The notes beneath the pieces are model-generated. The model was not told the origin of the DNA. It did no database searches and saw only the letters and a program-made list of their open reading frames with translations. From Lama glama (lineage: Eukaryota), in NCBI GenBank assembly GCA_028534125.1, contig CM052818.1, forward strand, positions 22,880,001 through 22,944,000: a stretch of DNA of 64,000 bases, read 5' to 3'. Positions 1 through 13,547 of this stretch are shown piece after piece; the stretch's first letter is position 1, and every line of letters begins with the position of its first letter. The position numbers and the translations under genes are program-made.

Positions 1-10
1 TTTTCCACAC

Positions 11-331
11 TTTTTAAATTGAAGTATAGTCGATGTGCAATATTATATAAAGTGTATAATATAGTGATTCACAATTTTTAAAGGTTATACTCTATTTATA
101 GTTATTATAAAATATTGGCTATATTCCCCATGTTGTACAGTATATCCTTGTAGCTTATTTATACATAATAGTTTGTACCTCATAATCCCCTACTTTATAT
201 TGCCCCTCCCCACTTCCCTCTCCCCATTGGTAACCACTAGTTTGTTCTCTATATCTGTGAGACTCTTCTTTGTTACATTCACTAGTTTATTGTATTTTTT
301 AGATTCCACATGTAAATGAAATCATACAGTA
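11..331 (-). mobile_element. L1 3' end fragment
   Basis: poly-T then ttgaagtatagt...ttttagattccacatgtaaatgaaatcatacagta, shared with other L1 3' UTRs in the window. Confidence 0.8.
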
Positions 332-339
332 TCCTAATA

Positions 340-880
340 GATTTTTTTTGACCCTTGGACAAATACTTCTTAAATTCATATAGAAGAGGAACAACAGTGA
401 TAATCCAAACCCACCTCTGAAAAAGAACAATAAGGACCAGAAGTCAAGGCAATTTGTGTCTAGCATAATTACAGTGGTGGCCATCAATGCAGGAATAGAC
501 AAACAGACCAGTGAAACAAAACAGGTTGCCTGTAAACAGAGAGCTCAAGTACTATGAGATCTTGGTATATGGTACTTGCAGTCTCACTAATCAGTGAGGA
601 AAGGAGGATATTTGATGAGTGGTAGTAGGAAAATTTTTTTTTGTAAAAAGATATAAACAAATCCCTATCCCATGCCACACGCAGAAAGCACATTACAGGT
701 GAATTAAAGATCGGAGCATGAAAACAAAACTTTAAAACTATTAGAAAGTATTTCTTTCAAAAATACAAAAAAGGAGAAAAACAATACATTTAACATCAAA
801 ATATAAAACTTTCTTAATATAAAAGTCACTGTGTAGACTAAAAGACAACAGTCTAACAGAAAAAAAGTGAAATATGTATG
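340..880 (+). mobile_element. Ancient degenerate L1 ORF2 fragment
   Basis: A-rich; resembles the L1 ORF2 segment ttctaaaattcatat...aaaaagaacaa...agacaaacagaccagtgaaac. Confidence 0.5.
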
Positions 881-1057
881 ACAGATGTGTCTTAGTTATT
901 AGACAAGCAAGACTTGTGAAATAATCAAAAGATAGCTTTTTCAGTATTTTGCTCCTACTTTCCTTTAAAAGTTACAATCAGTGATCTTTTCCTCTCCTAG
1001 ATTTAAAAGCAAACAAACAAACAAAACTCTGGCAGATCCAAGAATTTTCCCTCATTC

Positions 1058-3135
1058 TTTTTTTAAATTCTTTTTAAAGTTTAAGAATAGTTGATTTACA
1101 GTGTTGTGTTAGTTTCTGGTGTACAACAAAGTGATTCAGATATATATATATATATATATATATATTCTTTTTCAGATTTTTTCCATTATAATTTATTATA
1201 AGATATTGAATATAATCCCCTATGCTATACAGTAGGCCCTTGTTACTTATCTATTTTATATATAGTAGTGTGTAACTGCTAATCCCAAACTCCTAATTTA
1301 TCCCTCTTCCCCTTTCCCCTTTAGTAACTATAAATTTGTTTTCTATGTCTGTGAGTATTTCTTTGTGGTAAATAAGTTCATTTGTGTCACTTTTTAGATT
1401 CCACACAGAAGTGATATTATATGATGTCTGTATTTCTCTGTCTGACTTACTTCACTTGGTATGATAATTTCTAGGTGCATCCATGTTGCTGCAAATGGCA
1501 TTATTTCATTCTTTTTTTTATGGCTGAGTAACATTCTATTGTATGTGTATATATCACATCTTTATCCGTTCATCTATTGATGGACACTTAGGTTGCTTCC
1601 ATGTCTTGGCTATTGTAAATAGTGTTGCTATGGGGTACATGTATCTTTTCAAATTAGAGTTTCCTTTGGCTATATGCCCAGGAGTGGGATTGCTGGATCA
1701 TATGATAATTCTTTTTTTTTTTTCAGTTTTTTTAAGAAGAAACTGCCGTATTGTTCTCCATAGTGGCTGCAACAATTTACATTCCCATCAACAGTATAGA
1801 AGGGACCCCTTTTCTCCACACTGTCTTCAGCATTTATTTTTTGCAGACGTTTTGATGATGGCCATTTTGACTGGTGTGAGGTGATACCTCATTGTAGTTT
1901 TGACTTGCATTTCTCTAATAATTAGTGATGTTGAGCATCTTTTCATATGCCTGTTGATCATCTGTATGTCTTCTTTGGAGGAATATCTATTTAGGTCTTC
2001 TGCCTATTTTTTGATTGGGCTGTTTGGGTTTTTTTGATATTGAGCTGTATGAGCTGTTTGTATATTTTGGAAATTAAGCCCTTGTCAGTCACATCATTTG
2101 CAAATATTTTCTCCCATTTTGTAGATTGTCTTTTTGTTTGTTTTTTTATTTTTTAATTTACTTTTTTATTGAAGTATAGTCAGTTTGCAATGTTGTGTCA
2201 ATTTCTAGTGTACAGCACAATGCTTCAGTCATACAGAAATATGCATATATTTGTTTTCATATTCTTTTTCACTGTAAGCTGTTTTGTTTTTTATTTCCTT
2301 TGCTATGCAAAAGCTTTTATGTTTGATTAGGTCCCACTTGTTAATTTCTGCTTTTATTTCTTTTGCCTGGGTAGACTGCCCTAGGAGAACATTGCTATGA
2401 TTTATATCAGAGAATGTTTTGCCCATGTTCTCTCCTAGGAATTTTATGGTGTCATGTTTTATATTTAAGTCTTTCAGCCATTTTGGGTTTATTTTTGTAT
2501 ATGCTATAAGGGAGCATCCTAACTCATTGATTTATATGCAGCTGTCCAACTTTCCCAACACTACTTGCTGAAGACACTGTCTTTTCTCCATTGTATATTC
2601 TCGCCTCCTTTGTCGAAGATTAATTGACAATAGGCGTGTGGGTTTATTTCTGGGCTCTCTGTACTGTTCCATTGATCCATTTGTCTGTCTCTGTGCCAAT
2701 ACCATGCTGTTTTGATTACTTCAGCTTTGTAGTATTGTCTGAAGTCTGGACTACCTCCAGCTTTGTTCATTTTCCTCAGTATTGTTTGGCAACTCTGGGT
2801 CTTTTGTGGTTCCATATAAATTACAGTATTATTTTTTCTAGTTCTGTGAAAAGTGACGTGGGTAATTTGATAGGGATCACATTAAATCCGTAAATTGCTT
2901 TGGGTAGCATGGCCATTTTAAAAATATTAATTCCTCCAATCCAAGAGCATGAGATATCTTTCCATTTCTTTGAATCATCTTCAGTTTTCTTTATCAGTGT
3001 TTTATAGTTCTCAGCATGTAAGTCTTTCACCTCTTTGGTCAGGTTTATTCCTAAGTATTTTTTTTTGATACAATTTTAAAAGGGATTGTTCTTTTACTTT
3101 CCCTTTCTGATATTTCATTGTTAGTGTAAAGAAAT
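1058..3135 (-). mobile_element. 5'-truncated L1 (ORF2 C-terminal part and 3' UTR)
   Basis: Minus ORFs 2561..2815 ([18 protein letters not shown]) and 2821..3030 ([18 protein letters not shown]) are broken ORF2p pieces; internal (TA)n near 1140-1164. Confidence 0.92.
2140..2280 (-). mobile_element. Short L1 3' end nested inside the 1058-3135 L1
   Basis: A second ttgaagtatagtcag...ttctttttcactgtaag unit interrupts host ORF2, which resumes at 2281. Confidence 0.75.
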
Positions 3136-5074
3136 GCATCAGACTTCTGTCTCCCTCCTTTAAGTGAGTATATTGTTCACAGTGCCATGTGCCAGTAATT
3201 CCTTTTCCGTTTCTCATGGGATCTCTGGATCTAATGCAGGTCCTAGTGCAAGCAGGACTCCTGGATGTCTCTCTTGTTGGCCCCGAATCCCCAGAATGAG
3301 CCCCCTTTCCTGCCCGCAAGGTGCATGGGAACATTTACCCCTCCATCTCCCATCTTTGTGTGCATGTCTACAGCTTGTTGGCATCTTGTGGATACCCTCA
3401 TTTACAGAGCAGAAAGGATAAACCTATTGTTGCAGATTGTATTGTTCCAAGACCATTTCAGAATTAATAATCAGATTACATGTGTCCAAAATACCCAGTG
3501 CTTTAAATTGTAATGGGGTTTCCTTCGGAAGCAGCTGCTACGTTTTGTGGATTCTTTTCCTGTGTTCTTTGTCCCTTTGGCTTCTGTTATAAGTTTATTT
3601 ATTTAATTTGGAAGGTTATACTAATTATTAAAACCATCCTGAGTCTTCCAAAATGTGTGTCTCAAAACTCATTTTAGAACTTAGATTTGTTATGGGTGGC
3701 AGAGCCAAATCCCCATTCCCAGGGCATTTCCTGAGGGACTGTCATCTCACCTCTGGCTAGACTAGGAGACTGGATGCCCAGAAGATAGGGCTGAGCAAAA
3801 TGATGAATGATGGGGGCAGCCATGGCAAAAAACACTGATCTCAGAGTCCAACTCCAAAGTGTTATTATCTTGCCTTGATTTTAAAGACAGTGCCTGCCCG
3901 CTAAAGTTGGTGTGAGAATTAAATGACGGGAGACATATAAAAGTGAACTATAGACTCTTAAAATGGCTGTAAAAATGTAGGATTTTCTAATATATAGCAC
4001 AGTTGGCCACTTTTCTTAAAATTAGATTCTCCTTTTTCCCCCATTATTAGATGAATTCAGATTTGTGAAGGAGCTTTGAAAATACAAGCAATCTGAAAGT
4101 CCTGCTCTGCAGAGCAACCACATAACACTGTGTCTGTCGTTTGGTCATTGTCCTCTGCGAAGGTTTGTGCTTGTTTTTCTCATCCTGTTGTAAAGCTGTT
4201 GTGTGTCACCTTGATAGCTGGTATCACAAGACTTTCTCACAGTGTTTCAGTCTTTGTACACCTATTTCTTCTTTTTGATTTAATTTTTTGATTATGTAAA
4301 CCGTGATTCCAAAGTTAAAACTGTATAATTGATGTCCGTACATATAAGCATCTATCCCTTTTCTCTCCCATCCTGTTCCCTCCTTCCCACTGGGGGTAAC
4401 TATTTTTATTTGTCTATGATTTGTCTTTCCAGGCTTCATATATATATTAGTATTTTTCTGTCCTTCCCACATGGAAAATAACGTACTATATCCTGTACCT
4501 TTGTTTTTTTTGTTGAACAGTATATCCTGGAGTCCATTCTATATCAGAGCTTTTCCTCTGCTTTTTATGGCTGCCCAGGACTCCACTGCGTGGCTGTATT
4601 TCAGTTCATTCAACCAGCTCCCTAAACAATGGATATTTAGGTTCTTTTAAATTTTGTGCTATTACAAATAATGCCCCAGTGTATGACCTGTGTAAGTGTG
4701 ATTTTGGTTACAGAATGAGCCTAACCTCACCTGTCTATCAGTCTTCAAAGCTGTTGCCTCAAACCCCATCCTCTATCCTCCTGCTCTGAATTCTCTCTGC
4801 CATATTCTGAATCATACCTTGGTGACCCCAACCTCAGTCTCCCCTGCCCTGAACTTGAAGCTTAAGCATAGGCTTTCCAGGACTGTATCTTGACTTTCTC
4901 TGGTATCTCAGATTGGCTTTCCCCTCACTCTCACTACCCTCTGTGGACCCAGAGGGAAATGCCTGCAGAAGCCCCCCCCCCCCGCCCCTGCCTAACTTCC
5001 TTCTGGAGGAATTTGGAGAGGTTATAACACTGTTTATTTTGTTATTCCCTCATTGTTTTTTGTTTGCTTGGTTT

Positions 5075-5650
5075 TACTTTTTATTACAAAAAATTTGAAT
5101 CACATGGGAAAAGAGAAGGAATGAGACAGTGAAACCCAATACCTTCCCCCTCACCTAAAGAATTGTTACCATTTTGCCATATTTGATTCATCTATATATA
5201 TTTTCCCTGAGCTATTTTAAAGAAAATTATAGACATCATGGTGCTCTGTGTCTAAATACTTCTCTACATACAATCCAAAAAAATAAAGACATTCTCCAAC
5301 AGGAACATCACCATCATAGCTATCAGTAATAAACAATAATAATGAAAAAGTAAACTAATTCCCTATTTTCTAATCCAGTCCATATTCAGCTCTCCCTGTT
5401 TGTTCTAAAAATATCTTTTCTAGCTTATTTTCTTAACTAGGAGTCAATCAAGCACCACAGATTGCATTGGGTTGTTGTGTCTCTTTTTCTTTAGAGCAAG
5501 TCTCCTTCACACCCCTTTTAATTTTTCATCAGATTGGCTTGTTGAAGAGACCTGGCCAGTTGTTTTGTGACGTGCCCCACATCCTGGATTTGTCTGATGG
5601 TTTCCTCATGGTGTCATTGACCTTATTTCTTTATCTCCTGTATTTCTTTC
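5075..5650 (-). mobile_element. Old L1 (L1MC/L1ME-like) 3' region
   Basis: Resembles 43826-44900 (gaagag..gttttgt..ggatttgtctga motif). Confidence 0.5.
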
Positions 5651-6472
5651 CCTCTTTTTTTTTTTTTAAAGTTGTTCACGTAGTGTGGTCTCTGTTAGTT
5701 TGTTTTGTTCTCTTTCCCACGAGAGGTTTTCCCCTAACGATCCTAGGCTGACTGGATTCCCTGCAAATTGTTGGTTGTTTGCCTTACTTTGGGTCCTGTC
5801 CTTTCTGGCTGGGTCCTATCCTTAGACCCCCCCTGATGTCAGTAAGTCTCATTCTCCAAGAGAATACGTCTGATTTCCTGCCTGGAGGGAATACACCTGG
5901 GAATCTGTAGGGGAAGGAGCTTGGGGCTTTCAACATTCAACACGTAAATGCCCCTCAATCCCCCTGTGTTCCGACTGAAAACACGTTCAGGACTTGTCAT
6001 TTCTCAGACCAGAGGTCCTCCATTCTCGCCAGAGAATAAACCTCTACTCTTCTGCTGGGGCAGAGGAGGGACTGCCACCTGGGAGAGGGGATCTGGAAGT
6101 CAACTGTCTCTTAAACAGCTTTTCCACCAGCCTTCCTGCTTTTGGATCCACCTTCACCATTATTACCCACAGTACCTGCTGCTGCCAATCGCTGAGCCTT
6201 ATGGGTGCACTGGAAAAGAGATTCCTGTTTGGTTTTTTCTACCTGCTGGCTTATAATTTCGCTTTCTTAGAACTGCTTAAGTCACTTACCACTTCTCCAT
6301 CTGCCTTCTGGCTCCCAAAATGTTGCTGTTGTCTCCCCTCCTGTTCTCTTTGTCCTTGTGGGTTTGTATCCTCTACTAATTCCTCTACTGATGTTTTAGA
6401 GGGGTGTGAACTGGGTACAGGAGTAATACATGTTTTTATCCACCAGCTTTCTTCTTCTTCTTCTTTTTTCAG

Positions 6473-6548
6473 TGGAGGTACTGGGGATTGAACTCAGGAC
6501 CTTGTGCATGCTAAGTATGTACTCTACCGCTGAGCTAAACCTACCCCC
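6473..6548 (-). mobile_element. tRNA-Ala(AGC)-derived SINE (camelid Vic-1-like), short form
   Basis: Reverse complement tagctcagcggtagag...cttagcatgcacaaggtcctgagttcaatccccagtacctcca has A and B boxes; (GAA)n/A tail. Confidence 0.8.
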
Positions 6549-6934
6549 ACACCCAATTCTTTCATTTAGAAAAATGTTTTGATTGGTCTGATGAACATTT
6601 TGGTTAAGAAGGATGTGCTCCCAGCCACAGCAGGGCCCCTGGGCATTCTGATATAGGTGTGGGCAGTGCCATGGGGAAGTCAAATTGCCCAGCATCACAC
6701 TGAGGAGAATTTCAAATTTCTGGGTCTGAGATTAGGGAGAAAGTGGAAGATGAGAGAATGGTGCAGGTGTGACAAAGCTCTAGAGAGAGACACAGAAGCT
6801 AAAGTGATGCAGGCAAGTTGATGCCTGAGGAGAGAAAGGTAGCTGAAGAAAACTTCCCTGTGGGAGGGGCCGGCCAAGGAGCTTTGGAAAAGACAGGCCT
6901 AATACTGAATTTTAGGTTGTTTGCTGTGTCGTGA

Positions 6935-7430
6935 TGTAGTGGCAGAGACTGTTTTCTCTCCCAGCATTTATTCTTCCCTATATTTTTCATAGTTTTTATC
7001 TGGGCACGTTACCACTTGGAATATAGAGCACATTTCCCAGCTTCCCTTGCAGCAACTTATGGTCATATGACCCAGTTCTGGCCAATAAGATATAATCAGA
7101 AGTGTGACCAAGTTCAGGCCAGTAAATGTTAGCTGAAGCGTTAGGTTGGAATCCCAGGAAGGCTAATGAAAGGGGAGCTCATACAGCTGGGAAAACCTCT
7201 TTTTGCCAATCTGCCTTTTGTCCTTCTTCCAAATTGTAATTTGGATGCAATGACTGGAGCTCCATTAGCTATCTTGTGTGATGGGGAAACCTTGAGGAGG
7301 AAACAGAAAGACAAGAGTCTGGGTCTAATAGTACCGGGAAGCTGCCATACCAGCCCTGGACTGCCTACCTCTGGACTTTTGTTTTTTAATGTAAAAGAGA
7401 AATGACATTCTTTGGGTTTATCCCCCCCTC
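6935..7430. mobile_element. Old ERVL/MaLR-type LTR (LTR33/LTR16/MLT1-like)
   Basis: catttcccagcttcccttgcagc...atgacccagttctggccaat...cagaagtg motif. Confidence 0.55.
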
Positions 7431-7444
7431 TGTTTTATCATAAC

Positions 7445-7650
7445 AATCGCTTATCACATGCCAAGTAGTGTTCTGAATGCTTCACTTAAATACTAATCTA
7501 ATCTTTACACTGCCAACCCTATGAGGTAGGTACTATAATTACCTCCGTTTTACATATGAGCAGTGAGGCACTGAAGAGATTAACTTGCCTAAAGTCACAG
7601 CTAGTAAAGACTAGTAAACTAGGCAGTCGGGGCTTGTAAGCACTGTCTTA
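7445..7650 (-). mobile_element. MIR SINE
   Basis: aaccctatgaggtaggtactat...tttacatatgag...gaggca...taacttgcctaaagtcacagctagtaa MIR core. Confidence 0.75.
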
Positions 7651-8759
7651 TACTGCAGAATTGTGGCCAAACCCAAACCTCACTGATACAGTCTTGCAGT
7701 GCCATCCCAGAATCTGCCCCCCACCACAGTCATATATTCTCAGTGAATTCTCAGTACTCCTGGTGAAAGCTTTACAAGACACAAAACCCACCCACCCCCA
7801 GGCCCCCCAAGTCACCTGTTCCCTGATGCTGATGTGAAGAAAAAGATCTTAGAGTTTTAATTTGTGACCAGCGGTGGTGCGAGCAAAGACCCAAGGAGAA
7901 GCAGAGGAAGGAACCAGGTGACCTGGGAGGGCAGGGAGATGGGAGATGTGGGCTGCAGTATGGACCAAGAGCAGATTTCCCCAAATGTATTAGAGGAAGC
8001 TGGCAGAGAGAGATGCTTGCATTCACGCCTATAAAGCATTTCCAACATTTAGCTTCATTTCTTCAGGACTGGTTCGCAGGCGTAGGCTTTGGTACATCTT
8101 GACTTCATTTGAAGCGAATTGATGAAAAAATTCTTTAGCCAATTTCAGATGCTCTATTTGTTATAAATACATGAACCCCACAAATTCTGCTATATCCCTG
8201 GTAGATAAAATTAGGGGCCCAATTTTAAGATGTTAATAAGAGCACTTGGCACCATAAAACCATCTTTATTGATTGAATTAATCAAAACCAAGAGGTATAA
8301 AGTGTTAAAAAGAGATGAATATTTGCTAGACATCACTCCTTTGATGAATGAGGACACCCGGAGGTGCAGCTTTCTCAGGAAACTGTAGTGAGAAATTTGG
8401 GCTTTTCCTGTTGCTACTTTCTCTGAAACTTCCAGTACTCAGGGGCATAAGTTCTAGTCCAAGCTGATTGTAAACAGGCCAACCTCGAGGACACCTTTGC
8501 AAGTTAGCAGGTGCTTGGGGCAGAGTGTGAGCTCATGCTAATTAGCTGCAAGTTGTGGGCACTGAGTCAGGTGCCAGTTTGCCATGGGTCCTCAGGTAGC
8601 GATCGGGTCTTGTTTCCTGGTCACAGAAGTGAGGAGGGTGGAGAAGGGCAGGCTCCTTGCTGAGGGGCCCACAAGGAGAGTAAAGGATCAATAACATCAT
8701 CTTAGACAGTCTTTTCTGCTCTGATTTTTCCCCCTTATTCTTTCTTTCTGTTTCTTTAC

Positions 8760-8858
8760 CTTTTTTGTTGTTGTTGTTGTTAGTGGCAGTACTGGAGATT
8801 GAACTCAGAACCTCAAGCATGCTAAGCATGCGCTCTACCACTGAGCTGTACCCCACCT
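8760..8858 (-). mobile_element. tRNA-Ala-derived SINE (Vic-1-like), short form with (CAA)n tail
   Basis: Same body as the 6473 copy (gctaagcatgcgctctaccactgagct on +). Confidence 0.8.
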
Positions 8859-10164
8859 CCACCCCCTCATTCTTAATAAAGACACAAAATATAATGAGGC
8901 AACTGGGCCCAACATTTGGAGAGCAGATCTGGCCTGAGAGCCGTATCCTGGCAGAGCTGCCCTGGGAGGAAGCAGTCGTGGAAGCTCTCACCAGAAGAGT
9001 CCTTCCGAAAGATTCCCCAGGAGAACCCTGAGCTCAGGCCACAGCACTTTCCCTCCAAGTGAGGGGGATGGCGATGGCCTGGGGGAAATCAGAAGCCAAG
9101 GCTGGCCTGAGAGAAACAAATAGGTGTCCCAAAGGAATCTTGCTGAAGAGTCCAGATGGGACTCTCAGAGAAAACAAGAGAAAACAAAAATATAAGCCAA
9201 TCAATCATGGTTTCAGACAGATTTGGAGCTGGGAAGACAACTCAGGCTGTGAATGCTGGGCTGAGAATTGCTCTAAATAGCTTGCTAAATATTTGTTAAA
9301 TTTTCAGGTCACCTCAGAGAAACAGGCCTTCCTAAGGAAAGAATAGAGACTCTCAAATAGACAATTATGAGAATGGCACAGAGCCACAACCACAGATCAA
9401 AACGGCCTTGACCAGAGGAGTCCGATAAACAACCCAGCAGCCTTTTCTTCTCAGCTTTTCTTTTCTCCCTCCTGATCATGTATGTATTTCATGACTTCTT
9501 GTTCCTTCATTCACTTTTATCCCCGGGGGAGAAAGACATCAGGGATAAGTCCATGGACAGGATGTTAAGGGTACATCCTTGTTCTGCATTGAAGAGAGAA
9601 CGTCATAGAACCACAGAAATGAAGCCAATCATTCACCTAGGACAGCTCAGAATAGATCATTCCCTGGACTCTGCACCCACCATTCATAAGCGAATCCAGA
9701 GCTTTTTTACAGGAGCTTAAAAGATTTTATTCCTGATCCATTTTTTTCCCCTAGAGCTTTGGAAATATGGCTCTGTAATTTAATGATTACAGGAGATGAG
9801 CAAAAGAATGAACTAAATAAGACAGCATCAGCCAGCTTTGTAAGGAAGCACCAAATTTTCCAAATATAGAGCAAAATCCAATTGTGGTGCTGCTGTTTAC
9901 GTTTCCTTCATAGCATTTACGTGAGGGACCCTGTGGGGACGCACGCATGTCCTCTTCCACATAAGGAGCCTTCGTTTTGCCTCTTTACAAAGTTTGGGGA
10001 GGTAATCCACCCTCACTGCCTTGTAGCACAGTAACTTGGCTGATGGAGCAAGCATAGGCTGGAACAAGCCATACCCTGAAGCAATGAACAACAACCACTA
10101 GTTAACATTAGAGACGGCAAGCCCCCAAAACACCAGGGGACTTTTCTGTGGTCAATAAAGAGTT

Positions 10165-10890
10165 AAGATTTAATGTGTGATGTCCTGGATCGAATCCTAG
10201 AATCGTAAGAGGACCTTAGTGGAAAAACTCGTGAAATGAGAATAAAGTCTGCAGTTTACTTAATAGAAATGTACCAATGTTAGTTTCTTAGTTTTGACAC
10301 ATGCATCATGGTTGAATAATACGTGAACATCAGGAGAACCTGAGTGAAGGGCGTCTGGACCACTCTCCGTACTCTGGACTATCCTGGCAACTTTTCTGTA
10401 GATACAAATTTATTTCAAAATAAAAAGTTTGTTTAAAAAAAAGTGAGGCCACGTTTTCATCTGCTACTAGTGGGAGTATAAATGGGCACAAATATTCTGA
10501 CACTACTCGTCAAGGCTTCGGAAGTGTGCATGCCCACTGACCTGTAGTTTCACCCCCAGGAATCTGTCCTAAGGAAATAGTCAAGGGTGTTTATCCCAGC
10601 ACACTCTAGAACTGGGAAGTTGACTACAAACTACAAGACCAAAATTAAGGATCATAGGAACAATGACGTAGCCATGCTGGGGAATTTATGCAATTACTAA
10701 AACTGACGTCGGAGAAATAAATTTGATGATGTGGAAAAACTGTCACCATATATTGTTGAGTGAAAAAAAAACCAGGCTACCAAGTAATCTGCGTGGTATG
10801 ATTTCATTTTTAAAAATCTATGTGCTGAGGAGAATGGGAGAAGGTATACCAAAGCATAAAGAATGGTTTTGTCTAGGGGAGTGAGATTGC
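10165..10890 (+). mobile_element. Old L1 3' fragments (L1MC/L1ME-like)
   Basis: aatgtgtgatgtcctggat...gtaccaatgttagtttcttagttttgac...tttcaaaataaaaagttt, followed by L1ME-like sequence. Confidence 0.55.
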
Positions 10891-10893
10891 GAG

Positions 10894-11255
10894 TGCCGTA
10901 GACTGAATTGTGTTCCTCTCAAATCCTTATGTTGAAGCCCTAACCCCCAATGTGACTGTATTTGGAGGTGGGCTTTTGGGAGGTAATTAAGGTTAAATGA
11001 AATCATAAGCATGGGGTCCTGATTTTGTCAGATTGGTAGCCTTACAAGAAGAAGAAGTGAGAAATTGCTCTCTCCCCAGGCTCATGCATCCAGGAAAGGC
11101 CTGGATGAGCACACAGCTGGAGGAGAGCTCGCACCAGAACCAACCGTGCGGGCACCCTGATCTCAGACTTCCAGCCTTCAGAAGGGTGAGGAAGTAAATG
11201 TCTGTTGATTAATTCAGTCTGTCGTATTTTGTTATAGTGGCCTGAGGTGATGAAC
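10894..11255 (+). mobile_element. MaLR solo LTR (MLT1A-like)
   Basis: gactgaattgtgt...atgttgaagccctaacccccaatgtgactgtatttggagg...gatctcagacttccagcc...tattttgttatag. Confidence 0.8.
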
Positions 11256-12659
11256 TCATTGGGTATTCTAAATTTTCTTGTTTTTGCTCGCTTGCTTTTC
11301 CGTACTGAATATGAATTGCTTTATTACTTGAAGAACAATAAATGTGAACATTTTATGCTTAGGGTTTCTCCTTCAGGAATAGTCTTTGAGAGGGGATGGT
11401 GAGATCACCCAGAGATCATTTCCTTCATGGCATCAACCTCTTGTCAGGCCTCTTATGCCCCAGGTCCTCAGGAAGGGGATGGACTCCTTCATCCCTGTCA
11501 TGGCCCGTCATTTACAGTTCAAGTTTGCTCAGTGACTTACACTTTGAAATGCACATCAGTGTACATTAATTTAGTAGACTGCCGTAGCAGCAAGCAAGGC
11601 AGGTAATATGGCTCCTCATGAGTGAGGTTTGGGAAGGTTACATGACTTGCTCAAGGTCACTTGCCTGTTGGTAATAGAACCAAGACCAGGAACAGGGCCT
11701 CTTGACTCCAAAACCGTGATCTGTCTCTGTTCTCAGTTACTACCTGTCCAACTCTTTCTTTTGTAGCCATCCTGGGCCATCTCATGAGCAGAAGTCGGAG
11801 AGCTGGCAGCTCAGTCCTCCAGGGTTCAACCCCCTCCCGAGGCAAATTCTGGTCATCAGACATTTCGTATTGGAAATAGAAAGATGTTACATCTCCCACT
11901 TCCATGCCAACCACAAGCTATTTCTGGACTAGTGTTTTCCAGAACCTCAAAGCCTGTGCAGGCTTTCACTGAGTCTCAAGCAGCCAGCCTTGATTTATCC
12001 TGTGCATCCACCTGGCAGCAAGGTGAAACTGGAACCGTGGTTTCCCCAGAAGGAAGGTGGCACTTTCTGAATATGGCTTTGCTGTAGAAGGAAAAGCCAG
12101 GACCTGTCAGTGTTGGAATCGAACTTGAGTTCTATCTATTTATGTATTTGTTCTGCATTGGTAAGTGTAAGCTCGGATAAACATCTTTAAATCCTCTTAG
12201 GGATTTTGCAGTTTTTGCATTAGTGACTGAGAGTAGTTGCAGACATTGGCACTGTTTGCTAGATTTCTTAGTGTTCAGAGAGTTAAATAAAAAATATGGT
12301 GACTAAATGGAAGAACCAGGAAGAGCTCGTATTGGCATTGGGGGTTGCTATCGCTCTTTTTGAGTATGGAGTTTTAAAAATCGGTTTGCTTATTAAGTAG
12401 GAAAATAAAAAGTGGATCATACTATACGTGCATTTAGCAGACATTTCAGCACTGGAAATGTGCGAGGCATTTTGCCAGGCTTATAGGAGATGCAAAGCTG
12501 CACACAAAAATAATACCTGCTCTCTACATGCACACAGTCCACTGGGGAGACGGACGTGTACACACATCATTGTTACCCCAAAACAGTCATGTTTTCAATC
12601 CCAGAAGGTGGTTGGAAATGTGAGGGGAATCATTTTATTTTATTGTTTCTTTATGAGAT

Positions 12660-13511
12660 TTAAAAAAATTGAGGTATCCTTGATATGTAACATTATATTT
12701 GTTTCAGGTATATAACATAATGATTTGCGATTTGGATATATTGTGAAGTGATCACAATAAGTCTAGTTAATAGTTAGCAGCAGTCACATTATATAGTAAC
12801 AAAAAATAGTTTTCCTTGTGATGAGAACTTTTAAGATTTGACTCCCATAGCAACTTTCAAATATGCAGTACAGTTACCATGCTGTACATTAAGTTTGTAC
12901 CTTTTGATACCCTCACCCATTTTGCCAGCCACCTTTACCCCCATCCCACTTCTGGCAACCACCAATCTGTTTTTTACATCTGTGAGCTTGTGGGTTTTGT
13001 TTTGTTGCTGTTGTTAGATTCTACATATAAGTGATATCATATAGTATTTGTCTTTCTCTGACTTATTTCATTTAGTGTAATACCCTCAGGGTTCAACTAT
13101 GTTGTTGCAAATGGCAAGATTTCATTCTTTTTTATGGCTGGATACTATTCCATTGTGTGTATATATTCATCACATTCTCTTTTTTCCTTCATTGATGGAC
13201 ACTTAGGTTGTTTCCATATCTTGGCTATTATAAATAATGCTGCTGGAAACACAGGTATAGATATCTCTTTTTCAAGTTAGTGTTTTCATTTTCTTCTAGT
13301 AAATACCCAGAAATGGGATTACTGGGTTGTATGGTAGTTGTATCTTTAATTTTTTGAGGAACCTCTGGACTATTTTCAATAGTGGTTGCACCAACTTAGA
13401 TTCCTATATTCCCACAGTGCATGAGGGTTCCCTTTTCTCCTTAACCTCAGCAACACTTTTTATTTGCTCTTTTTGACAGTAGCCATTCTAACAGGTATGG
13501 GGTGATATCTC

Positions 13512-13547
<36 letters not shown>

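Noticed and set aside
2229..3030. Active L1 reverse transcriptase gene
   Set aside because: 5'-truncated, frameshifted and interrupted by a nested insertion
6473..6548. tRNA-Ala(AGC) gene calls for the four tRNA-like sequences
   Set aside because: Stems are disrupted, and they carry A-rich tails and in some cases TSDs, so they are SINE copies
11651..11659. Perfect ERR element TCAAGGTCA
   Set aside because: Lies in a MIR core (tgacttgc.caaggtcac), which produces this motif very often
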